A DNA stretch of 64,000 nucleotides from Candidatus Multivoradales bacterium (GTDB lineage: Bacteria > Acidobacteriota > Thermoanaerobaculia > Multivoradales > JAHEKO01). Position 1 is the stretch's first letter, and each line of letters starts with the position of its first letter. The notes beneath the pieces are model-generated. The model was not told the DNA's origin. It did no database searches and saw only the letters and a list, made by a program, of their open reading frames with translations. Both the position numbers and the translations under genes were made by a program. Shown here in pieces: positions 52,350 to 62,702 of the stretch. The DNA lies in the NCBI GenBank assembly GCA_965223855.1, contig CBDCXM010000009.1, positions 1,792,001-1,856,000 on the forward strand, in the 5' to 3' direction.

Positions 52350-54196
52350 TGCACCGTCTCCGAGCTGCGGCGGAAGGTCACGCCGAAGCGGGTCGATCCT
52401 TCGGCGCTGCCGTACTCGAGCTCGCCGCCGATCTGCTGGGCGAGGGCCGTGACGAGCCTGAGGCCGAGCGATCGAGTGGCGCCGATGTCGAAGCCGTCGG
52501 GCAGGCTGCTGCCCTGGTTGCGGACCTCGAGCCTCCGCTCGTCCCCCTCGGTACCGAAGAGCACCTCGACCGCTCCAGCCTCGTCACCGTCGCCCGCACC
52601 GTGCTCGAGGGCGTTGGCCACCAGTTCGTTGACGATCATCCCGCAGGGAATGGCGGTGTCGAGATCGAGCGGCTCGGAGGCGACGTCGAACCGGGTCTTC
52701 ACGTGACCGAGCCGGTCCCCGTACGAGGCGATCAGGTTCTCGACGAGTTCCTCGAGATAGGCGCGGAAGTCGATGCTCGCGAGGTCGGGCGAGCGGTACA
52801 GGTGCTCGTGAATGAGCGCCATCGAGCGGATGCGGTTCTGGCTCTCCACAAGCCCCTTGGACGACTCCGGAGAGTCCCCCTCCTGGAGGCGCAGCAGGCT
52901 GGAGACGATCTGCAGGTTGTTCTTGACCCGGTGGTGGATCTCCTTGAGCAGGAGATCTTTGTCCCGCAACGATTCGCGCAGCTCCTCCTCGGCCTGGCGG
53001 CGCTCGGTGATGTTGCGGGCAACGACGAGGAAGCCCTCGGTCTCGCCGCCGGACGATCGGAGTTCCGAGCGCGACAGCGATGCGGGGAAGGCCTCTCCGG
53101 TGGCGGCGCGCATCTCGAGCTCGGCGGTGCCTTCGACGAGGAGCGCTTCGGGCTCGGCGACGAAGTCCTCGAGAAGCCTGCCGCGCAGATCCTCCTCGGA
53201 GGCGGCGAGCTCGCGGGTGGCGACCTCGTTGGCCATCCGCAGCCGCCCGTCGACGTCGAAGACGAGCACCATCTCGGTCATCGACTGCAGGACATTGTCG
53301 AGGTAGGCGCGCGAGACCGTGGTTGCCTGGAGATTGGCCGCCATGTCGTTGAACGCCCGTGCCAGCAGCTCGAACTCGCTGTGGCCGCGGACCTCGACCT
53401 GCTGCTCGAGGTCTCCCTCGCCGAGCCTCAGCGCCGCGTCGCGAAGCTGGCCGAGGGGGCGCGAGATCGCACGCGAGAGCAGCAGTCCCAGCAGCACGGC
53501 GAGGGCGAAGGCGGCACCGGCGAGCCAGCGGTTGCGGCGCGTCGCCCGGTCGATCAGCGCCTCCGCCGCCTGCGCCTCGGTCGTCAGGTCGACCCGAGCC
53601 GCTGCGGCGAAGTCGCGGATCAGCGGCCGCAGCTGCTGGCGGTAGTGCGGTTCGAAGTCCTCGACGATGAACTCCCGGACCTGCTCGGTGGGGTGGTATC
53701 GCATCAGGTGGACGAGCCGCTCCTGGAGCTGCTGATGGACGGCGAACTCCCGCTCGATGGCACGCAGCCGCGAGCGGCGTTCCTCGAGCCCGCTGCCAGG
53801 AGGACTGTCGGCGCCGACGCTCTCGGCTCCCGGGCTCAGCCGGCTCGAGAGAGCCAGCGCCTGCCGGCTGCGCTCGAGGGAGTCCTCGAAGAGCTCGAGG
53901 CCGTCCTCGATCGCCTCGAGGTCGAGCCGTGGCACGGCGCCCCACTCCTCCTCGTGCGAGGCGTCGCCGGGACGCTGTCGATAACGCTCGCTGAGGATGC
54001 GGTAGGCGGCCGCCTCCGTGGTGCGCAGGGCCTTGTCCATGCCGTCGGCCGCCATGACCTCCTCGATCGAACTGCTGCGCAGATCGTTCATCTCCCGGCC
54101 GACGGCGGCCGAGGTGCGCTCGAGCAGAGCGCCGAGGATTCCGACCAGCAGGGCGATTCCGAGCAGCGAGATGGTGAGGAGGTGGCCGATGCGCAC
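52346..54196 (-). CDS. Membrane sensor histidine kinase (HAMP-PAS-HisKA_2)
   Basis: Two TMs, HAMP, KEIHHRVKNNLQ, NELVANALEH, SLGL. Confidence 0.93.
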
Positions 54197-54303
54197 GTGG
54201 GTCGAACTCCGAAGCAGTTGTGGACATGACGCCCCAGCAAGCCCCCTGCCAGCATCGGCAGGACGTCAGGTGAGGCTTTCGAAGGCCTCCGACTGTATCA
54301 AAG

Positions 54304-54330
54304 TGTCTCAACGTGAGACACCGTGAGACA
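54304..54330. promoter_or_regulatory. TGAGACA palindrome plus direct repeat (putative activator site)
   Basis: TGTCTCA-ACG-TGAGACA-CCG-TGAGACA between the divergent kinase and hbd genes. Confidence 0.65.
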
Positions 54331-54428
54331 GATTGGCCGTGAAGGCTCCGGCAACCGCCGTCCCTTTCCTTTTGGCAGCCGATCCCGTAGCCTTGAAGCG
54401 CTCTCGAACCGTGGAGTGACTTCCTGAA

Positions 54429-55337
54429 ATGAGTGAGATGGACACTGTCGGCGTCGTCGGCGCCGGAACGATGGGACATGGCATCGCCCAGGTGGCGGCG
54501 CTGGCCGGCTACCGGGTGATCCTGAGCGATGTCGCGGCACCGGCGCTGGAGCGCGGACTCGAGCAGATCGAAAAGAGCCTCGGCAAGCTGGCTTCGAAGG
54601 AGAAGATCACGGCCGAGGCGGCGGCTGCGGCGGGAGAACGCGTCAGCGGCGCCACCGGGCTCGATGCTCTCAGCGAGGCACAACTCGTCGTCGAGGCGGT
54701 CGTCGAGCGCTTCGAGGTCAAGCAGCAGGTGCTGACGGAGCTCGACCGCCTCTGCCCGGACGAGACGATCCTGGCGACCAACACGAGCTCGATCTCGATC
54801 ACGAAGCTGGCCGCCGAGACCGGGCGGCCTGATCGGGTGATCGGGATGCACTTCATGAACCCGGTGCCGTTGATGAAGCTCGTGGAGATCATCCGTGGCC
54901 TGGCGACGAGCGATGCGACCTACGAAGCTGTGGCGGCCGCCACCCGCGCGATGGGGAAGACGCCCGTCGAGTGCAACGACGCACCCGGCTTCGTCTCCAA
55001 TCGCGTCCTGATGCCGATGATCAACGAGGCGATCTACTGCCTCTACGAGGGCGTCGGCGACCCGCCCGCGATCGACGAGATCATGCGGCTCGGCATGAAT
55101 CATCCGATGGGGCCGCTGGCGCTGGCCGACCTGATCGGTCTCGACGTCTGTCTCGACATTCTCCGCGTGCTGCTGGACGGCTTCGCGGACAGCAAGTACC
55201 GCCCGTGCCCGCTGCTGGTGCGGATGGTCGATGCCGGCTACCTCGGGCGCAAGGCGGGGCGGGGCTTCTACACCTATGACGGCGACGAGCAGTGTGCGTT
55301 CCACCCGACGCGCGGCTACGTTCCCGTGGCGCGCTGA
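54429..55337 (+). CDS. hbd: 3-hydroxybutyryl-CoA dehydrogenase
   Basis: [39 protein letters not shown]. Confidence 0.95.
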   Translation: MSEMDTVGVVGAGTMGHGIAQVAALAGYRVILSDVAAPALERGLEQIEKSLGKLASKEKITAEAAAAAGERVSGATGLDALSEAQLVVEAVVERFEVKQQVLTELDRLCPDETILATNTSSISITKLAAETGRPDRVIGMHFMNPVPLMKLVEIIRGLATSDATYEAVAAATRAMGKTPVECNDAPGFVSNRVLMPMINEAIYCLYEGVGDPPAIDEIMRLGMNHPMGPLALADLIGLDVCLDILRVLLDGFADSKYRPCPLLVRMVDAGYLGRKAGRGFYTYDGDEQCAFHPTRGYVPVAR

Positions 55338-55376
55338 GTCTGGCGCGCTGAGACTGGTGAGCTGAGACCGCGCTCC

Positions 55377-57221
55377 ATGCTGTGCCAATCGTGCGGCGCC
55401 GAGAACGCCGAGGATCGCGAGCACTGCCTGCGCTGCCACCAGCGGCTGCTGGTGGTTTCGGGCACGCTGACCGAGGAGGACCTGTCCCTCGAGGCGGAGG
55501 GCGAGGAGGAGTTCTCGTTCGACGAGCACCTTCTGGAGCGGATCTCGATCCTCGAAGAAGCGGTGAAGCGCACCGCCGGCACCGTGCGGCAACTCCTGAC
55601 CGCCCTCGCATCCCAGGAGCGCGGCATGGTGGCGCAGCAGACCGGGCTGGCGACGCTGCGTGAGCTGCTGGAGGAAAAGCGGCTCCTCCATCGAGCCGAG
55701 TGGTTGGAGCGCTGGGAAGGCAAGATGGAGTACCAGCTCCTCGCGCTCGAGAAGCGGGAGCGCTTCGGGGAGCTCAAGGAGCGCATCGAGGCGCTCTTCC
55801 AGGGGAAGAAGGAGAAGCTCTTTCGCGAGCTGATCGAGGACGCCGAGTACGCGCTCTTCGCGGTCGACATCGAGCGGGCGCTCGCTGCGCTCGAAGCGGC
55901 CTACAAGCTCGACCGCGACAACTACGAGCTGGCGTTCTTCCTCGGTGAGACCCACTTCAACGAGGGCGACACGACGATCGCGCTGTCGTACTTCGAGCGG
56001 GTGCTGCGGGTGCGGCCGGAGCACTTCGAGGGACTCGTCTACAGCGGTGTCATCCATCAGGAGCGGGGTGACGCCGGTCGCGCGGAAGACCTCCTGCGAC
56101 GCGCCGTCGAGCTCTATCCGGACGAGTTCCTGCCGCTCTTCAGCCTCGGCGCCGTCTTCGCCGGCCAGGGGCGACTGACCCATGCCGTGACCCTGCTCGA
56201 GCAGGCGGTCGAGATCGACGGCGTCACCCAGGCGAGGTATCTGCTGGGCAACTGTCTCTACGAGATGGGCCGGCTTGGGCAGTCGATCCGGCAGCTCCAG
56301 GAGGTCGTCCGACAGGATCCCGCCCACGAGGAGGCGCACTACCTTCTGGGGCTCGCCTACCTGGACCGGGGCTGGAAGCGTAAGGCGCTCGATGCCTTCC
56401 GTCGTGCCCAGCAGCTCAACCCGAGCCGGATGCGCTACCAGGATCTGGTGCGCTACCTCTCCGGCCAGGGCGGCTCGCCGCTGCCGGCGGTCGGGAGCGA
56501 CGCACGCCGCTGGTTCGACGAGGGAGAAGCGCTCGCCGCCGATCATCCGGCCCGCAGCCTCTCCGCCTACCGCCGGGCGATTCAGGAGGAGCCGGAGAAC
56601 CCGACCCTCCTGATGTCCTATGCGATGGCGTGCATGAGGGCCCAGCGCCATCAGGAAGGGGAGCTCGTCAGCCGGCGGGTGCTCGAGCTCGATCCCGACC
56701 CGATGCTCAAGGCGACCGCGTATGCGACCCTGATCGAGGCGCTGCGCTCGTCTGGCCAGTATCGGGAGGGGAACCGGGTCGGGCGCCAGCTCCTCGACGA
56801 GGGAAGTTCCGACTACGCGCGCACGATCGCCTATTACGAGATGGCGTTCAATCTCGCCGAGATGGAAGAGGATCTCGACGTAGCCCTCGACTACGCCCGG
56901 CGGGCGCTCGACCTCGCCCCCGAGGAGCTGCGCCAGTTTCCGCTGGCGGCGGTCGGCTGGGTGCACTACAAACGCAAGGAGTTCGACCAGGCGATCGAGT
57001 ACCTGGAGCGCTCGAGCGACCTCGGACCCTCGGCGACGACCCTGACCCATCTCGGCATGGCGCTTCTCGCCTCGGGAGACGAGGGGAAGGCACGGCGGGC
57101 TCTCGCCGAGGCGAGGGAGTACGATCGCTCGGGTCCGTCGCTCGAACGGCGGATGATGGAGTGCCTGAAGGCCAGTGATCGACTGATCGCCCGCGTGCAG
57201 GACGCGCGGCGGAGGAGCTGA
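55377..57221 (+). CDS. Zinc-ribbon + coiled-coil + TPR protein
   Basis: CQSCG..CLRC; many TPR motifs. Confidence 0.85.
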   Translation: MLCQSCGAENAEDREHCLRCHQRLLVVSGTLTEEDLSLEAEGEEEFSFDEHLLERISILEEAVKRTAGTVRQLLTALASQERGMVAQQTGLATLRELLEEKRLLHRAEWLERWEGKMEYQLLALEKRERFGELKERIEALFQGKKEKLFRELIEDAEYALFAVDIERALAALEAAYKLDRDNYELAFFLGETHFNEGDTTIALSYFERVLRVRPEHFEGLVYSGVIHQERGDAGRAEDLLRRAVELYPDEFLPLFSLGAVFAGQGRLTHAVTLLEQAVEIDGVTQARYLLGNCLYEMGRLGQSIRQLQEVVRQDPAHEEAHYLLGLAYLDRGWKRKALDAFRRAQQLNPSRMRYQDLVRYLSGQGGSPLPAVGSDARRWFDEGEALAADHPARSLSAYRRAIQEEPENPTLLMSYAMACMRAQRHQEGELVSRRVLELDPDPMLKATAYATLIEALRSSGQYREGNRVGRQLLDEGSSDYARTIAYYEMAFNLAEMEEDLDVALDYARRALDLAPEELRQFPLAAVGWVHYKRKEFDQAIEYLERSSDLGPSATTLTHLGMALLASGDEGKARRALAEAREYDRSGPSLERRMMECLKASDRLIARVQDARRRS

Positions 57222-57224
57222 AAG

Positions 57225-58934
57225 ATGCGTTGGAGCCGCTACTACCTCTTTACCAGCCGTGAGGTGCCCAAGGACGCCGAGGTGACGAGCCATCAGCTGA
57301 TGGCGCGCACCAGCATGATCCGCAAGGTCGCCGCCGGGATCTACAGCTACCTGCCTCTCGGCTGGCGCAGCATTCGCAAGCTCGAGTCGATCGTCCGGCG
57401 GGAGATGGAGCGGGCCGGCTCGGTCGAGCTGTCGATGCCGGCGGTCCATCCGGCCGAGCTGTGGCAGGAGTCGGGGCGGTGGGACCTCTACGGCCACCTG
57501 CTGCTGAGGATGCAGGATCGCAACGAGCGCGAGTTCTGCTTCGGGCCGACCCACGAGGAGGTCGTCACCGACATCGTCAGGCGCGACGTCAAGAGCTATC
57601 GCCAGCTGCCGCGCAACCTCTACCAGATCCAGACCAAGTTCCGCGACGAGATCCGGCCGCGCTTCGGCCTGATGCGCGGCCGCGAATTCATCATGAAGGA
57701 CGCCTACACCTTCCACGCGAGTCAGGAGTCGCTCGACGAGGCGTACGAGGCGATGCGGGCGGCCTACTGCCGGATCTTCGAGGCTTGCGGGCTCGAGTAC
57801 TCGATGGTGCAGGCGGACAGCGGCACGATCGGCGGCTCTTCCTCCCACGAATTCATGGTGCTGGCCGACACCGGCGAGGACGCGATCGTTCGCTCGCCCT
57901 CCGGCTCCTACGCCGCCAACGTCGAGCGGGCCTCGATCGCCCCGCTCGAGGCTCCGGCGGCCGAGTCCCCGGCCGAGATCACCGAGGTCGAGACTCCCGG
58001 CAAGACGACGGTGCCGGAGGTCGCACGGTTCCTCGACGTGCCGATCGAGCGCTTCGTCAAGACTCTGCTCTACGAGACGGAGGAGGAGTTCGTCGCCGTG
58101 CTCATTCGCGGAGACCGCGAAGTCAACGAGGTCAAGCTGGGCAACCTGCTCGACTCGACCCATCTGAGCCTCGCGGCCGAAGCCAAGGTGCGCGAGCTCA
58201 CAGGTGCGCCGGTCGGCTTCGCCGGGCCGGTCGGCCTGCCCGAGTCGGTCCGCCTCGTTGCCGACGAGTCGGTGCGCGCTCTGACGAATTTCGTCTGCGG
58301 TGCCAACGCCGCCGACCATCACTACACCGGCGTCAACTGGGATCGCGACACGACTCCCGGCGAGTGGGCGGACCTCGTCCTGGCCGAGGAGAGCGACGGC
58401 AGCCCCGACGGCGACGGAGCGCTCGAACTCCATCGCGGCATCGAGGTCGGCCACATCTTCGATCTCGGCACCAAGTACTCGACATCGATGCAGTGCCTCT
58501 ACGCCGACGAAAACGGCGAGCTCCAGCCGATGCTGATGGGCTGCTACGGCCTTGGGATCGGACGCACCGTAGCGGCCGCGGTCGAGCAGAACCACGACGC
58601 CGACGGCATCATCTGGCCGGTGCCTCTGGCGCCGTTCGAGGCGCTGATCGTCTCGCTCGACCCGGACGACGAGGCGGTGTCGAAGACCGCCGATCGCATC
58701 TACGAAGGGCTTCTCGAGGCGGGAGTCGACGTCTTCTACGACGACCGCTCGGAGCGCCCCGGAGTGAAGTTCAAGGACGCCGACCTGATCGGCTTCCCGG
58801 TGAGAGTGGTGGTCGGCGCGAGAGGGCTCGCCGAGGGGAAGGTCGAGGTGTCGTTGCGTCGCGACCGCGAGAAGCACCTGATCGACCCCGCCGAAGCGGT
58901 GGCGGCCGTCCGGTCGCGGCTGGCGGAAGGCTGA
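57225..58934 (+). CDS. proS: Proline--tRNA ligase
   Basis: WQESGRW, GPTHEE, FRDEIRPRFGLMR, GIEVGHIF, INS editing domain. Confidence 0.97.
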   Translation: MRWSRYYLFTSREVPKDAEVTSHQLMARTSMIRKVAAGIYSYLPLGWRSIRKLESIVRREMERAGSVELSMPAVHPAELWQESGRWDLYGHLLLRMQDRNEREFCFGPTHEEVVTDIVRRDVKSYRQLPRNLYQIQTKFRDEIRPRFGLMRGREFIMKDAYTFHASQESLDEAYEAMRAAYCRIFEACGLEYSMVQADSGTIGGSSSHEFMVLADTGEDAIVRSPSGSYAANVERASIAPLEAPAAESPAEITEVETPGKTTVPEVARFLDVPIERFVKTLLYETEEEFVAVLIRGDREVNEVKLGNLLDSTHLSLAAEAKVRELTGAPVGFAGPVGLPESVRLVADESVRALTNFVCGANAADHHYTGVNWDRDTTPGEWADLVLAEESDGSPDGDGALELHRGIEVGHIFDLGTKYSTSMQCLYADENGELQPMLMGCYGLGIGRTVAAAVEQNHDADGIIWPVPLAPFEALIVSLDPDDEAVSKTADRIYEGLLEAGVDVFYDDRSERPGVKFKDADLIGFPVRVVVGARGLAEGKVEVSLRRDREKHLIDPAEAVAAVRSRLAEG

Positions 58935-58967
58935 TTCGCCTCGAGCCAGCTCTGCCCGAGGCCGCCC

Positions 58968-61151
58968 TCAGGGCCGCCATCGGAGAGTCAGTCGGCCGCT
59001 GCGGCGCTCGAGAGGATGGAAATGTACGTCCTCGACCCCTTCGACCGGCTCGCCTCGAAGCCGTGAGGCGTAGTAGTACTCGATGTCGCTGTCCTCGCGG
59101 TCGAGGAGGTTGAAAGCGGCGAGTTCCAGGTCGAGGCCCGGTCGGAGCTTCCAGGTCGCCTTCGCGGTGACGTTGGAGGCGGACGCCCAGACCGCGGATC
59201 GATCCTCGATGAGCGGGGTGTCGGCGAAGTAGCGCCAGCGGAGGCTGCCGGAGAAGCGACCGAGGTCGCGCACGGTCACGCCTGCGGCGACCGTTCGGCC
59301 GATCGCTCCCGGGATGGCGTCGCCCGCGGGATCGGTGTCGGTGAACTCGGCGTCCGTCCAGGTGGCATCGGCGTCCAGGGTGAGCCAGCGGCGAGGGCGC
59401 CAGGTGTGGCTCCACTCGACGCCGAGTCGATGGCTTGGGCGGCTGGCTTCGGTCGCCCCGCCGTCGCCGACGAAGAGAAGCTCGGAGTCGAGCTCCAGCG
59501 AGAAGAGCGAGAGCGCCGTCGTCCAGACGCCGGATCCGGTCCGGACTCCGATCTCTGCACCGCGTGCGGCGACGAGCGGATCGACCGCTTCGACCGACTC
59601 TCCCGACGCCGGATCGACCCGGATCGTCGCCCCGCGGGCGTCGTTGCTGTGAAAGCCGCCGCCGTAGCCGAGGAAGTACTCGGTTCTGCCGAAGGGACCG
59701 AAGACGAGCGCGAGCTTGGGGGAGACGATGAGGTCGTCGGCGCTTCCCGAGTTCTCGGGGCGGGTGGCGGCGACCGTCGCGTCGTAGCCGTCGATGCGCA
59801 GGCCGAAGGTGCTGCGGAAGCGGTCGCTCCAACGCACGACGCTCTCGGCCCAGACTCCCACGCCCAGCTGCTCGATGCTGTCGTCGCGGACCGTGTCGAA
59901 GCGCTCGAGCTCGGTGGTGCGGAAGAGTCCGTTGTCGATGTCGTCGTAGCGCAGGTCGAGACCGGTTCGATTCGTCACCCGACGCTCGCCGAAAGAGCTC
60001 AGCCACTCGTGTCGGGTGCCAAAGCCGAGCACGGTCCGGTCGTCGACCTGCTCGAACTGGTCGCCGAGAGCAGGGTTGTCGAGGAGATAGGTGAAGTTCG
60101 AGATCAGCCGGAAGTCGTAGGAAACCAAGTAGCCGGCGACGGTCGTCAGCGACTGTTCGTTGCCGCGATGGAGCTCGGCCGAGAGCTGCAGCCGTCGGGT
60201 TTCGCCTCGCGGCCCGGGGTCGATCAGGTCGAAGCGACCGATCGCGCCCGACTCGACGGCGCGCAACGGCACCTGGTCGGTCGACAGCCAGGAGCCGTCG
60301 TAGGCGAGCGCGCTGACCGAGAAGCCGCGGGCGGGATCGCCGCGATGAAAGCTCACGAGAGCGTTCGCCTTCTCGAACGAGCCGGGCCGGGTCCAGGGAC
60401 CGTCTTCGTGCGAGAGGTCGAGGGCCGCGGTCAGGTCGCCGCCTCCGGTCGTCGTGCTGCCGGCAACGAGCGCTCTGCCAAAGCCGAAGCTGCCGCCCGA
60501 AAGCTGGATCAACGGCTCATCGAGCCTTCTCACGAGCCCGAGGTCGGCCGAACCGGCGGCCGAGAAGTCGCCGACCTCGGCATCGTAGGTGCCCTTGCGA
60601 TAGGAGACTCGATCGACCAGCTCCGGGATCAGGAAGGAGACGTCGATGTACCCCTGGCCGTGCCCGTGCGACGGCATGTTGACCGGTACCCCGGCGACGC
60701 GGATGCTGAAGTCGGTGCCGTGGTCGAGATTGAAGCCGCGCAGGAAGTACTGATTCGCCTTGCCGCCGCCGCTGTGCTGGGTGGCGATGATGCCGGGGAC
60801 CGTCTCGACGAGCTCTCCGGCGCGCTGGATCGGCCGCTGTTGCAGATCTTCGGCGCCGGTCGTGCCCTCGCTGGCGGCGTCGGTGAGCCCGGTGAGGTCG
60901 TCGGTGCGCCCTCGCACTTCGACCCGGTCGTAGACGTCGAGACGATCGTCCTCCTGGTCGGGGTCAGGGTTGGCGGTTTCGGCCGGGGCCTCGTTGTCGA
61001 CCGTCCGAGGTGCTTCGACACCGGCAGGAGCGGTCTCCTGAAGGGGCGCGGAGGGCGCGGAAGACACCTCGGCGCCGGCAGGCCAGCCGACGAGGAAGAT
61101 CGTTGCCAGAACGGGGGGCAGGATTCGGATTCGTGTTCGGATTCGGAGCAT
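58968..61151 (-). CDS. TonB-dependent receptor (probable metal uptake)
   Basis: Signal peptide; plug TQHSGGGKANQYFLRGFNLDHGTDF, HGHGQGY; FNLLD; C-terminal barrel strand. Confidence 0.92.
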   Translation of the reverse strand: MLRIRTRIRILPPVLATIFLVGWPAGAEVSSAPSAPLQETAPAGVEAPRTVDNEAPAETANPDPDQEDDRLDVYDRVEVRGRTDDLTGLTDAASEGTTGAEDLQQRPIQRAGELVETVPGIIATQHSGGGKANQYFLRGFNLDHGTDFSIRVAGVPVNMPSHGHGQGYIDVSFLIPELVDRVSYRKGTYDAEVGDFSAAGSADLGLVRRLDEPLIQLSGGSFGFGRALVAGSTTTGGGDLTAALDLSHEDGPWTRPGSFEKANALVSFHRGDPARGFSVSALAYDGSWLSTDQVPLRAVESGAIGRFDLIDPGPRGETRRLQLSAELHRGNEQSLTTVAGYLVSYDFRLISNFTYLLDNPALGDQFEQVDDRTVLGFGTRHEWLSSFGERRVTNRTGLDLRYDDIDNGLFRTTELERFDTVRDDSIEQLGVGVWAESVVRWSDRFRSTFGLRIDGYDATVAATRPENSGSADDLIVSPKLALVFGPFGRTEYFLGYGGGFHSNDARGATIRVDPASGESVEAVDPLVAARGAEIGVRTGSGVWTTALSLFSLELDSELLFVGDGGATEASRPSHRLGVEWSHTWRPRRWLTLDADATWTDAEFTDTDPAGDAIPGAIGRTVAAGVTVRDLGRFSGSLRWRYFADTPLIEDRSAVWASASNVTAKATWKLRPGLDLELAAFNLLDREDSDIEYYYASRLRGEPVEGVEDVHFHPLERRSGRLTLRWRP

Positions 61152-61354
61152 GAGCCTTCTCTCTCTCCGGGCTTCGTAACCCACCCGGACGCCTCGGGTT
61201 CGCTCCCGCAAGGCTCGCGTTGCGAAGATCCGCGCGCACTCCGCGCGCACGAGCCTGCCGGGGAGAGGATCCGGGCAATCCGGAGGCCGGAGAATCGGGT
61301 CGATCGAGTCGGGTCGCTCGCCTTGCGGCGGGCGGCACGGCGGTCAGACGACTC

Positions 61355-61771
61355 TCAGGCGGGGCTGGGGGGAGCCCGGGCGGGTGACCCCGTGTGGTGA
61401 CGGTGGACGCTCGCCTCCCAGGCTTGCGCGACCGTTTCCGTGGTGACCGTGGGCTCGAGCAGGTCGTGCTCGGCGGCAGCGACGCCGAGCGAAGCTGCGA
61501 GCAGACTGACGAACCCCTCAGAGTCCTGCTCGTCCTCCGCAGGCGAAGGTCGTCCCTCCGGCTCCGATCCTCGGTCCGAGCGATCAGGCTCGTAAGCCCC
61601 TCCACCACCTGGCTCATGGCGATGCTTCCCCAGGTGCGGGTGGGTGTGGAACCCCTCGAACCCGCCGAGTAGGTGGAGGTGGCCGTGCGAGACGATGCCG
61701 AGGACACCCAGACTCGCCGCCGCCGCAACAGCCAACAGCAGAAGGAGGCGGGTCTGGGGGGCGGCTCTCAT
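61355..61771 (-). CDS. His-rich exported leader protein with C-terminal RAPP motif (DUF2946-like)
   Basis: Hydrophobic N-terminus; HGHLH..HTHPH..HRH; ends HRHHTGSPARAPPSPA; directly upstream of the TBDR. Confidence 0.78.
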   Translation of the reverse strand: MRAAPQTRLLLLLAVAAAASLGVLGIVSHGHLHLLGGFEGFHTHPHLGKHRHEPGGGGAYEPDRSDRGSEPEGRPSPAEDEQDSEGFVSLLAASLGVAAAEHDLLEPTVTTETVAQAWEASVHRHHTGSPARAPPSPA

Positions 61772-61881
61772 GGGCAGCCAGCTTAGCAGTGTGCCACGGA
61801 CGGCGGACCGTGTGCCCGGTTCTTCCTCTCTACCTGAAGAGCGTAGTTCCGATCAGAGGGACCGTCTCGATTCCTCGAGTG

Positions 61882-62694
61882 CTACCGAGGCCGCGGACTG
61901 TACTGACGCGCCAGCAGCCGGCACAGTCCGTCGAGACCGGGGAAGAGCACCCTCTCGTTGACGTTCGCCTGGTCGAGCTTGTCGCGGATCTCCCATTTGA
62001 GCTCGTGCGGGATCTCGATCCGGCGGTAGACCTCGGGTCTCGGCAGCAGCCACTCCTCGACCGTCATGCGGGCGCTCGAGAGCACCGAGAAGAGGGCGAA
62101 CTGGTTGACGATTCGCGGGCTCAGAGACGGCGGTTCGAAGAAGACGAGGAAGGGGTCCTCGCGCAGCCCCTCGAAGTCCGGCAGGGAGGCGGCGACCTCG
62201 CCGAGCATCTCGGTGGAGAAGGCGTCCGCCTCTTCCCGGCGCAGAGACTTCAGCAGCTCGGGTGGGAGCTGCTTGTTGGTTCGCGTGTAGTCGATGCACC
62301 AGATCGTGCCGTCTTCGTCGAAGCGGCGGATGTCGTCGGTAACGAAGTGGAGCGCGACGAACGGGGAGTAGGTCCAGTCCAGCAGCCGGGTCGGCAGGCC
62401 GTGGTGCTGGGCCTGGGCGAGCAGGTTCCACATCGACCTCTGCTCGCCACCCTCGAGGTAGGCGTACTTGCGGAAGTTGCGGATCAGGTGACGCTCGAGG
62501 CGGGCGTAGTCCCCTCCCAGTCGCGAGAGGCTGGTCTGGAGCGGCCAGTCGCGCGACGCCATGCCGCGGAAGGCGTAGGTCGACCGGTAGCGCCCGATCG
62601 CCGGCTGCCACGATCCCTCGAAGAGCTCGTTCTGAAGCTCCGCCCAGCTCCCGACCCGGACGACCTTCGCCGGGCGTGCCCTCTTCTCCGGCAC
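61882..62694 (-). CDS. FRG domain protein
   Basis: AFRGM, LQTSL.R, AQHHGLPTRLLDWT..P.VAL.F, RIVNQ, LFPGLDG. Confidence 0.9.
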   Translation of the reverse strand: MPEKRARPAKVVRVGSWAELQNELFEGSWQPAIGRYRSTYAFRGMASRDWPLQTSLSRLGGDYARLERHLIRNFRKYAYLEGGEQRSMWNLLAQAQHHGLPTRLLDWTYSPFVALHFVTDDIRRFDEDGTIWCIDYTRTNKQLPPELLKSLRREEADAFSTEMLGEVAASLPDFEGLREDPFLVFFEPPSLSPRIVNQFALFSVLSSARMTVEEWLLPRPEVYRRIEIPHELKWEIRDKLDQANVNERVLFPGLDGLCRLLARQYSPRPR

Positions 62695-62702
62695 CGGGTC
62701 GC

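Noticed and set aside
52584-58877. 2097-aa minus-strand ORF
   Set aside because: Shadow frame antisense to hbd, the TPR gene and proS and out of frame with the kinase; a high-GC artefact
61882-62694. FRG protein as part of a defence island
   Set aside because: Genome-typical codon usage, coupled to the CNNM gene, no defence neighbours
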